A DNA stretch of 64,000 nt, from the NCBI GenBank assembly GCA_002269645.1, contig NIVC01001960.1, forward strand, positions 1 to 64,000, read 5' to 3'. A program made the position numbers and the translations under genes. Numbering within the stretch: position 1 is the stretch's first letter; the number at the start of each line of letters is the position of its first letter. The stretch comes from Macrostomum lignano (Eukaryota). Under the pieces are notes generated by a model. The model had not been told where the DNA came from. It saw nothing but the letters and a program-made list of their open reading frames with translations, and searched no databases. Shown here piece after piece: positions 32,001-43,370 of the stretch.

Positions 32001-35000
32001 GAGGAAATGAAGCTGTGATTGGTCAGTGAAGGTGAGGAGAGGAGAGGAGATGAAGCTGCGATTGGTCAGTGAAGGTGAGGATAAGAGAGGAGATGAAGCT
32101 GTGATTGGTCAGCGAAGGTGAGGAGAGGAGAGGAGATGAAGCTGTGATTGGTCAGCGAAGGTGAGGAGAGGAGAGGAGATGAAGCTGTGATTGGTCAGTG
32201 AAGGTGAGGAGAGAAGAGGAGATGAAGCTGTGATTGGTCAGTGAAGGTGAGGAGAGGAGGAGATGAAGCTGTGATTGGTCAGTGAAGGTGAGGAGAGGAG
32301 AGGAGATGAAGCTGTGATTGGTCAGCGAAGGTGAGGAGAGGAGAGGAGATGAAGCTGCGATTGGTCAACGAAGATGAGGAGAGGAGGAGATGAAGCTGTG
32401 ATTGGTCAGTGAAGGTGAGGAGAGGAGGAGATGAAGCTGTGATTGGTCAGCGAAGGTGAGGAGAGGAGAGGAGATGAAGCTGCGATTGGTCAACGAAGAT
32501 GAGGAGAGGAGGAGATGAAGCTGTGATTGGTCAGTGAAGGTGAGGAGAGGAGAGGAGATGAAGCTGTGATTGGTCAGTGAAGGTGAGGAGAGGAGGAGAT
32601 GAAGCTGTGATTGGTCAGTGAAGGTGAGGAGAGGAGAGGAGATGAAGCTGCGATTGGTCAGCGAAGGTGAGGAGAGGAGAGGAGATGAAGCTGTGATTGG
32701 TCAGCGAAGGTGAGGAGAGGAGAGGAGATGAAGCTGTGATTGGTCAGCGAAGGTGAGGAGAGGAGAGGAGATGAAGCTGTGATTGGTCAGCGAAGGTGAG
32801 GAGAGGAGAGGAGATGAAGCTGTGATTGATCAGCGAAGGTGAGGAGAGGAGAGAAGATGAAGGTGTGATTGGTCAGCGAAGGTGAGGATCGCAAGTTAGA
32901 AGCAGAACGGCTGCATCACTTACACTTCAACCCGTTCCACCTTGACACCCCACGGGTGCGTCGCTTCGTCGAGTGTCTCCTGAAATATTTCGAATTATTA
33001 GAATTTTAATAACATTTTCCCTTTTCTCTCTGCGCCAATACAGTCGCTTAAAATTCCCAACGGAGCTGGGTCTCCGCATCAATGGGCAAGCGGTGAAACG
33101 CATTTGCAGACTTTTTTGGCAGCTGTAAGCTGCTCCCTTTAATTTCCTCTTTTTGCGTGTTGCCGCTGTGTCAGAGGCGCAAAAGTGCATAAAAATGGGC
33201 AGATGGGTCTCCCCAGCGTTGCCTCCCCCTGCCTCCTACAGCCTCCCCAGCCCCATGAGAATAATTGCGGGGATCGCTGGCAGGGTGAGCGGATGCGCTA
33301 TCCGCAGCAATTCTGTAGCCGCTTAAACTGCACCGCTTCAACTTGCAACGAATTTTAGCTCGCTCGCTTTAATCCATTTGCGAGCTCAAATATGCTTCAT
33401 CACAGCGCCACGCCCGTCCACAGAGGCTTGTCTCTTCTGGGTTGAACTATTCTAAAACAACTTGTTGCAACTTTTTTGTGTTGAACTCTTCGCAAGAGAG
33501 AGGCCTGCAGGCTGGCTATGGAACCGATGGATTTCAGGAAACGAGTCCGGTGTAGGATTAGAGAAACGATAATCCTGTCTGCTGCATTGCCTGTTCAACT
33601 ACCGGTAACGCTTGCCCTTGGCTCCCCTAGTGAGTTTAGTCGTATCACCAATGCTTTTAGTATGCTCGGAAGAAATCGGTGCCTTCTCGCAACCGTCTTC
33701 GGGTTGTTGCGCACCGCTGGAATGTCAGCGTCTCTACCAAAAATTTTCAGTTGCTTTTCCAGAGCTCGGCTGGTAGTCGAAATCTGATAACCAACTGGAA
33801 CTGTTCCTTCGACTGCTGCTGCATTTTTGGCAACGTCAACAAAAGCTTCGTCTCAACTGCATCGAGTAGCAGTTGGACCTGACGCTCTCGAGCAACTTGC
33901 CTTGGCGATTGCCACTCTTTCGCAGGCAATCTCTGCCGGCAGAGTTTCAACGCGCTGATGGATGCTGTAAACCATATTTTCTTTTTTTTACATTCAGCAA
34001 CCTTGAACTGTCCTTTGGATGTTCACCTCTGTCGAGTGCTTCGATCACAGGCCAATGGCATTCGTTCGACAGTCTAGCACATGGTCCACAATTCTGGGGC
34101 TGATCATGTTCCTCCGCTGCAGTTGCAAATGAAGCTATGGACCAAATTGATGCTTGTTGGACCAAATGAAATTCTGCTGTGGCAGCCTTGCTACCATAGA
34201 CAAAAGCTCCACTACATTGGCAAACGTATCTTGAATTAAATTCAATGCGCATAAGCCCAAATGGGCTGCAAGCAGCTATATTACCGGCCTATCGCACATT
34301 TCTAAGAAAATCGAGTGCAGCCTCCTTGTACTTTAGTTGTCCATGCACCCTGACATCCTCCCGCAACCAGCGCTGAGGAAATTCTGCCCATTCCACTGAC
34401 TCCTGAGCACACACATGTACAACTGCGCCGATAATGTACGCAGGCGCGCACTCATGCACACAGCTCACACTGGGTGTACAGCGGCCCTGACTTTCTAATC
34501 GTCAGGCATGTACACTCTCTGTGCCCGTCAGGCACGTACACTCTCTGTGCCTTGTGGTGGTTGGCCCTCATGCGCCCAGGGCCCGACAGGCTTCAGTCCA
34601 ATTTTTATTCACGAGCCCAAAATTAATGCAGCCTTTAATGGAGGGCTCACGACTTCAAACTCACGACTGAGAGGTCGGGGGTTCGATTCTCGACCCTCTC
34701 ATTGAGCAAGACACTTAACTCTGCATTGTTTCAGTTCACCCAGCTGTAAAATGGGTGCCAGCATTAGCTGGGGTAATTGAGGGTGTGTGTGGCGACCCCC
34801 CAGTCCTTGGACTGAACAGCCGTACGCAGCCTTCAGATGCGCCGCGCAATAGCTGCGGCTGAGCTGTCGGCAGGTTTAATAAATTTTTAGTATCATTATT
34901 AAAATTTTATGGACGCTTTAGCACGAGTCCAAAAAGTTACAGATGAGCCTCCCTGTCTCTCCGCTTCCCCAGTTTATTGCTTGCCCGTTGAGCCAAATGC

Positions 35001-38000
35001 CCCCCACACCGCACCTGCATCATGGCGCTGATGCTCTCTCTCTCGGACAGAATCTCGGACAGGTTCTTCGTGCCCAGCACGTTGCGCAGGGTGGTGGCGG
35101 CCAGCAGGCGGGTGGACCGGTCCGCGTCCTCTACGTTGGTCACGGCGATCACTGGGTTGTAGATGCGGTAGTACACGACTGCGTCCACTGCCACCGTCAC
35201 CGAGTCCTTGGTGAGCACCTGCAATGCACCGGGATTGAGACCGTCTGTCTGCATGCCTGTCCGTGCTTGACTGATTCGCTGTCATAGTGTCCAAGTCTTA
35301 GCATCTGAGTGTCTTAGTGTCTGAGTCTTAGCATCTGAGTGTCTTAGTGTCTGAGTCTGAGTATCTGAGTCTGAGTGTCCGAGTCTTAGTGTCCGAGTCT
35401 GTGTCTGAGTCTTAGTGTCTTAGTGTTCCAGTCTTAGTGTCCGAGTCTTAGTGTCTGAGTCTTAGCGTCTGAGTCTTAGTGTCTGAGTCTTAGCGTCTGA
35501 GTCTTAGTGTCTGAGTCTTAGTGTCTGAGTCTTAGTGTCCGAGTCTTAGCATCTGAGTGTCTTAGTGTCTGAGTCTTAGCGTCTGAGTCTTAGTGTCTGA
35601 GTCTTAGTGTCTTAATGTTCCAGTATTAGTGTCCGAGTCTTAGTGTCTGAGTCTTAGTGTCTGAGTCTTAGTGTCCGAGTCTTAGTGTCCGAGTCTTAGC
35701 ATCTGAGTGTCTTAGTGTCTGAGTCTTAGCGTCTGAGTCTTAGTGTCTGAGTCTTAGTGTCTTAATGTTCCAGTCTTAGTGTCCTAGTCTTAGTGTCTGA
35801 GTCTGAGTCTCTGAGTGTCATAGTGTCTGAGTCTTAGCGTCTGAGTCTTAGTGTCTTAATGTTCCAGTATTAGTGTCCGAGTCTTAGTGTCTGAGTCTTA
35901 GTGTCTGAGTCTTAGTGTCCGAGTCTTAGTGTCCGAGTCTTAGCATCTGAGTGTCTTAGTGTCTGAGTCTTAGCGTCTGAGTCTTAGTGTCTGAGTCTTA
36001 GTGTCTTAATGTTCCAGTCTTAGTGTCCTAGTCTTAGTGTCTGAGTCTGAGTCTCTGAGTGTCATAGTGTCTGAGTCTTAGCGTCTGAGTCTTAGTGTCC
36101 GAGTCTTAGTGTCTGAATCTTAGTGTCCGAGTCTTAGTGTCTGAGTCTTAGCGTCTGAGTGTCATAGTGTCTGAGTCTTAGCGTCTGAGTCTTAGTGTCC
36201 GAGTCTTAGTGTCTGAGTCTTAGCGTCTGAGTGTCATAGTGTCTGAGTCTTAGCGTCTGAGTGTCATAGTGTCTGAGTCTTAGCGTCTGAGTCTTAGTGT
36301 CCGAGTCTTAGTGTCTGAGTCTTAGCGTCTGAGTGTCATAGTGTCTGAGTCTTAGCGTCTGAGTGTCATAGTGTCTGAGTCTTAGTGTCCGAGTCTTAGT
36401 GTCTGAGTCTTAGTGTCTAAATCTTAGTGTCCGAGTCTTAGTGTCTGAGTCTTAGTGTTCCAGTCTTAGTGTCCGAGTCTTAGTGTCTGAGTCTTAGTGT
36501 CTGAGTCTTAGTGTCTGAGTCTTAGTGTCTGAGTCTTAGTGTCTGAGTCTTAGTGTCTGAGTCTTAGTGTCTGAGTCTTAGTGTCCGAGTCTTAGTGTCT
36601 GAGTCTTAGTGTCTAAATCTTAGTGTCCGAGTCTTAGTGTCTGAGTCTTAGTGTTCCAGTCTTAGTGTCCGAGTCTTAGTGTCTGAGTCTTAGTGTCTGA
36701 GTCTTAGTGTCTGAGTCTTAGTGTCCGAGTCTTAGTGTCTGAGTCTTAGTGTCTAAATCTTAGTGTCCGAGTCTTAGTGTCTGAGTCTTAGTGTTCCAGT
36801 CTTAGTGTCTGAGTCTTAGTGTCTGAGTCTTAGTGTCTGAGTCTTAGTGTCTGAGTCTTAGTGTCTGATTCTTAGTGTCTGAGTCTTAGTGTCTGAGTCT
36901 TAGTGTCTGATTCTTAGTGTCTGTTTAGAATCTGCCCTAGTGTGTCTCTGGGTCTGTCTTTGCTTCTGTCTTAGTTTGTGTCCCAGTGTCTATCGTAGAG
37001 TCTGCCTGTCTGCCTGCCCTTGCACCTGTCTTGCAAGTGTCTGTCTTTCTACAATAGTGTCTGTCTAGGCTGACTCTGGGCTGAATCCAGAGCTTATACG
37101 CAATGGACCAGCCATTCATCTTAATCGCAATCAGCACCCTCGCATTTTCTGGTCTGTCCGATAAAATTGGGAGATTTTCGTGCCGCAACTCTGGCGCCAC
37201 CCGCGGAGCCCGAGCTCGCCCTGAGTCTGAGCAGCCGGGGAAAAAGCTTAATTAACTCAAAGAGTCACCTCAGCTCCGCTAAGCTTAACGCTCTCTGATG
37301 TCTACGCTGGGGTAGAATTTCCCGCTTTTAGTGCAGCTCGGGCCAATTAGAATTTATTTCCGAGTTCCCGCATTCTTGCCTCCCAATTTTAATAGCTTCC
37401 TTGCTTCCGTCCTTCCTCCCTATCGGATTTAATTCTTCCCCCTAATCCCAATCCTCTTACCCTGTCTTCCTTGATCCTAGAGCTCTTGTCCTGCCTCACG
37501 CAGCCCAAAGGCCTGTCAGCCTTCTCCATCTATTAGGGTTGCCTTTCTTAGGCTGCTCGTCCTCAACTATCAGTCAGATTTTATAGCCTGAGGATCTGCA
37601 GATGGGTTGATAAAGGCATGCGCGCTTCTTGTCATTTTTTATATTTTATTGGTTAGACTAGTATCTGCGGCGCCGAATCTAAAATCTGCGGCGCCGAATC
37701 TAGAATTTGTGGCGCTGAATCTAGAATCCGTGGCGCCGAATCTAGAATCTGCAGCACCGAAGCTAGAATCTGTGGCGCCGAATCTAGTATCTATGGCCGA
37801 ATCTAGTATCTATGGCCGAATCTAGTATCTATGGCCGAATCTGGAATCTATGGCCGAATCTAGTATCTATGGCCGAATCTAGTATAGTATTTGCGGCGCC
37901 GAATCTAGTATCCGTGGCGCCGAATCTAGTATCTATGGCCGAATCTAGAATCTATGGCCGAATCTGCATGCAATCTATGGCCGAATCTGCATGAAATCTG

Positions 38001-41000
38001 TGATCGAATCTGCATAGAATCTATGGCCGAATCTGCATGGAATCTATGGCCGAATCTGCATGGAATCTATGGCTGAATCTGCATAGAATCTATGGCCGAA
38101 TCTGCATGGAATCTATGGCCGAATCTGCATGGAATCTATGGCTGAATCTGCATAGAATCTATGGCCGAATCTGCATGGAATCTATGGCCGAATCTGCATG
38201 GAATCTATGGCTGAATCTGTTAAAGATGTTATAAGTAATCGTTTATCTTAAAATAGTCAACTTTATATTTATAGTAAGTGAATCCAAGTTTTCCGTCAAG
38301 AATTTTCTGTAACAGACTTCTTAGTTATAAATATGGTTTTCGACTCCCTTACCTGTACCACTAAGTTTTGTTTGAGCTACGCCAGTGCTAAATTCCATGT
38401 TAACCCCTTCTTTTGCTATCTTTCTCAAAACTCAATAAACGCCGATTCATTATAACTTAACAAGGCTTTCTTAATAGGTTATGGGCCTATCTTCTTAGGT
38501 TATGGAATAGGTTATGGAATCTATGGCCGAATATGCATGGAATCTATGGCCGAATCTGCATGGAATCTATGGTCGAATCTACATGGAATCTATGGCCGAA
38601 TCTGCATGGAATCTATGGCCGAATCTGCATGGAATCTATGGCCGAATCTGCATGGAATCTATAGCCGACTCTAGTATCTACGAGCGTATGGCCGAATCTA
38701 GCAACTGTAGCACCTCTTAAGTACAAATTCAGGAATCTTAAGAGGAAAAAAATCCTGAATTCTGGTAACTATCTAGGATGGCGCCACTCTTCACACCGGA
38801 AACGCTGACCACAGCAACTATCCGCAGTCGATAAAAGTACAGACAGTGCTCGAGTGCTACTCAGCCATTCCTAAGAAGCTCAGAAGCATCCGCTCATCCA
38901 ATCAGGAAAATCTGATTGCCCGGAGGCGCCGCTGTTTTGGCGCAGCAACGCTGGAAAAAATTCAACGAGCTGGGAGATGGAGAACGATGAAGCGGGAGGC
39001 TGTGCGATCTGGGTGGGCCTCTGGGACTTGTCGAATCAGACTTGCATTGATAAATTCGAATCAGAATTTATGGAAAATGACGCCTGTTGCTTGCTTTATT
39101 CTCGGCACCCTGTCATTACAGGGCTGGGTCAGCACCCTCTCATTACAGGGCTGGGTCAGCACCCTGGCATTACAGGGCTGGGTCAGCACCCTCTCATTAC
39201 AGGGCTGGGTCAACACCCTCTCATTACAGGCTGGGTCAACACCCTCTCATTACAGGCTGGGTCAACACCCTCTCATTACAGGCTGGGTCAACACCCTCTC
39301 ATTACAGGGCTGGGTCAGCACCCTGTCATTACAGGGCTGGGTCAGCACCCTCTCATTACAGGGCTGGGTCAGCACCCTGTCATTACAGGGCTGCGTCAGC
39401 ACCCTCTCATTACAGGGCTGGGTTAGCACCCTCTCATTACAGGGCTGGGTCAACACCCTCTCATTACAGGCTGGGTCAACACCCTCTCATTACAGGCTGG
39501 GTCAACACCCTCTCATTACAGGCTGGGTCAACACCCTCTCATTACAGGGCTGGGTCAGCACCCTGTCATTACAGGGCTGGGTCAGCACCCTCTCATTACA
39601 GGGCTGGGTCAGCACCCTGTCATTACAGGGCTGCGTCAGCACCCTCTCATTACAGGGCTGGGTTAGCACCCTCTCATTACAGGGCTGGGTCAACACCCTC
39701 TCATTACAGGCTGGGTCAACACCCTCTCATTACAGGCTGGGTCAACACCCTCTCATTACAGGCTGGGTCAACACCCTCTCATTACAGGCTGGGTCAACAC
39801 CCTCTCATTACAGGGCTGGATCAGCACCCTGTCATTACAGGGCTGGGTCAGCACCCTGTCATTACAGGGCTGCGTCAGCACCCTGTCATTACAGGGCTGG
39901 GTCAGCACCTTGTCATTACAGGGCTGGATCAGCACCCTGTCATTAAAATGCTGGGTCAGCACCCTCTCATTACAGGGCTGGGTCAGCACCCTGTCATTAC
40001 AGGGCTGGGTCAGCACCCTGTCATTACAGGGCTGGGTCAGCACCCTGTCATTAAAATGCTGGGTCAGCACCCTCTCATTACAGGGCTGGATCAGCACCCT
40101 GTCATTAAAATGTTGGGTCAGCACCCTGTCATTACAGGGCTGGGTCAGCACCCTGTCATTAAAATGCTGGGTCAGCACCCTCTCATTACAGGGCTGGATC
40201 AGCACCCTGTCATTAAAATGTTGGGTCAGCACCCTGTCATTACAGGGCTGGGTCAGCACCCTGTCATTAAAATGCTGGGTCAGCACCCTCTCATTACAGG
40301 GCTGGGTCAGCACCCTGTCATTACAGGGCTGGGTCAGCACCCTCTCATTACAGGGCTGCGTCAGCACCCTCTCATTACAGGGCTGGGTCAGCACCCTGTC
40401 ATTAAAATGCTGGGTCAGCACCCTCTCATTACAGGGCTGGATCAGCACCCTGTCATTAAAATGCTGGGTCAGCACCCTCTCATTACAGGGCTGGGTCAGC
40501 ACCCTGTCATTAAAATGCTGGGTCAGCACCCTGTCATTACAGGTCTGGGTCAGCACCCTGTCATTAAAATGCTGGGTCAGCACCCTCTCATTACAGGGCT
40601 GGATCAGCACCCTGTCATTAAAATGCTTGGTCAGCACCCTCTCATTACAGGGCTGGGTCAGCACCCTGTCATTACAGGGCTGGGTCAGCACCCTCTCATT
40701 ACAGGGCTGGGTCAGCACCCTCTCATTACAGGGCTGGGTCAACACCCTCTCATTACAGGGCTGGGTCAACACCCTCTCATTACAGGGCTGGGTCAACACC
40801 CTCTCATTACAGGGCTGGGTCAGCACCCTGTCATTACAGGGCTGGGTCAGCACCCTGTCATTACAGGGCTGGGTCAGCACCCTGTTATTACAGGACTGGG
40901 TCAGCACCCTGTTATTACAGGGCTGGGTCAGCACCCTCTCATTACAGGGCTGGGTCAGCACCCTGTCATTACAGGGCTGGGTCAGCACCCTGTCATTACA

Positions 41001-41776
41001 GGGCTGGGTCAGCACCCTCTCATTACAGGGCTGGGTCAGCACCCTGTCATTACAGGGCTGGGTCAGCACCCTCTCATTACAGGGCTGGGTCAGCACCCTG
41101 TCATTACAGGTCTGGGTCAGCACCATAGAAATCTAAACTTAAAAAAATGCATAGAAATTCTGCCCACCCACCTCCTGTGGCGGCACATCAAAGGTGACGG
41201 TTCTGAGGTCCACTTTGCGGATCACGTCCATGCAGGGCACCACAAAGAACAGGCCGGGGCCCTTGGCGCCGCCCTCCACTATGCGACCGAGGCGGAAGAT
41301 CACAGCTCGTTCGTATTCGGCCACCACCTGCCGGACAATGAATTGGTTGAGAGCTATGAGCAATGAGTAATGCACTATGACATTTATTGAGCACCAACTA
41401 CTCAAACTAATGACTCAAGATAATCTAAGCGAGTGACACACCGAATTATTATAACAGTATACGAGATCGATCAACTTACTTTGATGCAGAGGCACAACGA
41501 GAACGGAAAGGTGACAATGGTGAGGCCATAGGACAGGAACAGAAGCACTATGCCGCAGACTCCGATACCTTTGGCACCGCGTTGGGCGCCTGTAAATGGT
41601 AATAAAAGTAGTAGTGCATGTTTAAACGGCCATTGCTTGTACTTTACATTGAAGCGCCCAGAACCCTGTCACACTCTGGCGCCGGGAGCAAATAGGGAGC
41701 AAAAATCGAATATGTTAGCTTATAAACACGGTTCTGAGCGGCTTGTGAAATGATTCAGTGAGTCTTTGAGGACTGG

Positions 41777-41824
<48 letters not shown>

Positions 41825-43337
41825 CAGGGCCAAGCAGCCGCTGACCGCCGGGACCGCCGCAGCTGAGGATCACGGCTGTGCAGCATTTGGCGCAACAGCC
41901 GGTGTGGCCGCCGAATCCGCTGGCGCCAGCGTCGGAACCGGCCCCGGCAATGTCGTCGGCGGCCTCGCCAAGTTGGCGCCTGCCACCAGCTAAAAGCAGC
42001 AACTGGCTGACGTGCGGCGGCGAGAGAAGCATCAGCGGCAGTGCTGATTTCTTTTCCTCCGCGGCAAAAGATTCCCAGGCTGGCCTGGCCCGCTGTCCAG
42101 CTGGTCTTATGCCCCGCAGGATCCCAATTCCCACTCTTATCCCCCAATTTCGCTTATCGCTGACGAGCTGGGAGGTTGTCAGTCCGACCGGCCAGCAGCA
42201 GGGCCCGCCTTACCCGGCTCGCTCAGCGGCCCAGTGGCCGGCAGCTTGTCCCGGTCGCCGAGCATGCCAACTAGACAGAATCGGGGCAGTTAACAACGGC
42301 TAAGATTCTCTAAATCGATGGCGGAGAGTCGACTATGGACTGCGATCGGATGCTAATTTAGAGGGGGATCAAGCGGCCGGGGGCGCCCTTGCTATTGGAG
42401 AGTGTTGGAGTGCAAATTTTAACAGAGAAGCCCCGCAGAAGGCGCCCTGTGATTGGCCGGGAGAGGGGATATTCCAGATAGTCCATTTTATCAGAAACTC
42501 TGGAACAGGGAACAGAAGCAAATGGGAGGGGGAGACATGACTGACAATGCACCCTGCATTGATTATCGATCCGCCAGGCAGCCAGTTTTGTTGGCCAGCC
42601 TGCTGCAGCCCTCACAACTTCTACTTCTGCTTTCTGCTGCCCACGAGACGATGAAAGCAATTTGGCTTCCCCGGCTCCTTCAGCTCTGCCTCTCCGGGAG
42701 TCGCTGAGGTGTACAGATTGGCTTCTGCTAACTTCGATCGGCCCAAACCGAGAGTGGCCCCGAGGGGATGGCCGAAATTCTGGCCTCGAAAGCACTTGCC
42801 TGGCTTATCCATCCATGGCTTACTTTCAGGGGCAGGTGTGCTTGCTGAGGAAAATTTTCCCGCTAGTAAAACAGCCTGAGTATAGGTGGAAAGTCTGACT
42901 ACTGGGATTGGAATCGTATTAGAAAATTGACTTTCCGCAGCCTTGATAAGCCAGTCAGTTAGCATTTCATGCTTTAACAGTGCTACTATCAGTACAGTAG
43001 ATAGCGATTTGCGCCAGATTTAGTGTCCAGAATTTTAAGTCAAAGAATTTCCTCCTGCCTCCGGGTTCGTTGGAGTTAAGGGAGGGCGGAACAGAGACTT
43101 TCCCGGCAGGTACAAAAGAAACCCATGGAAACAAATTGACCTGATCTCAGGCAACTGGAGCTCCTCTGCTGCTTCGCTAGCGATTGAAGAGGGTCCCTGC
43201 CGCCGGCTTTGCGTGCTTTCACTGAGCCAAGAAATTCTAAAGGAGCTCTCAAGGGTTTTTAGAGACTATTTTTAGGCTAGCTTTCACTCTCTTCAGGGCT
43301 CATGAGCAGCTTCCTACTGGCTTAGTGACAAACGGAG

Positions 43338-43370
<33 letters not shown>

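Noticed and set aside
34455-34472. CACACAGCTCACAC in SINE family B matches the 20-bp minisatellite unit at 25065-25858
   Set aside because: The match is 14 nt of low-complexity CA-rich sequence and is absent from the other two SINE copies; insufficient to claim the SINE seeded the array.
38726-38762. 9-bp hairpin AATTCAGGA...TCCTGAATT
   Set aside because: Isolated short inverted repeat, expected by chance in 64 kb.
39087-41366. 759-aa ORF of LGQHPLITG repeats, and similar long ORFs at 57448-60081, 43325-44197, 25035-25965, 26370-27450, 27927-29098 and 53194-54388
   Set aside because: These are open only because the tandem unit lacks stops in that frame; they are intronic or intergenic, low complexity, and have no domains or splice support.
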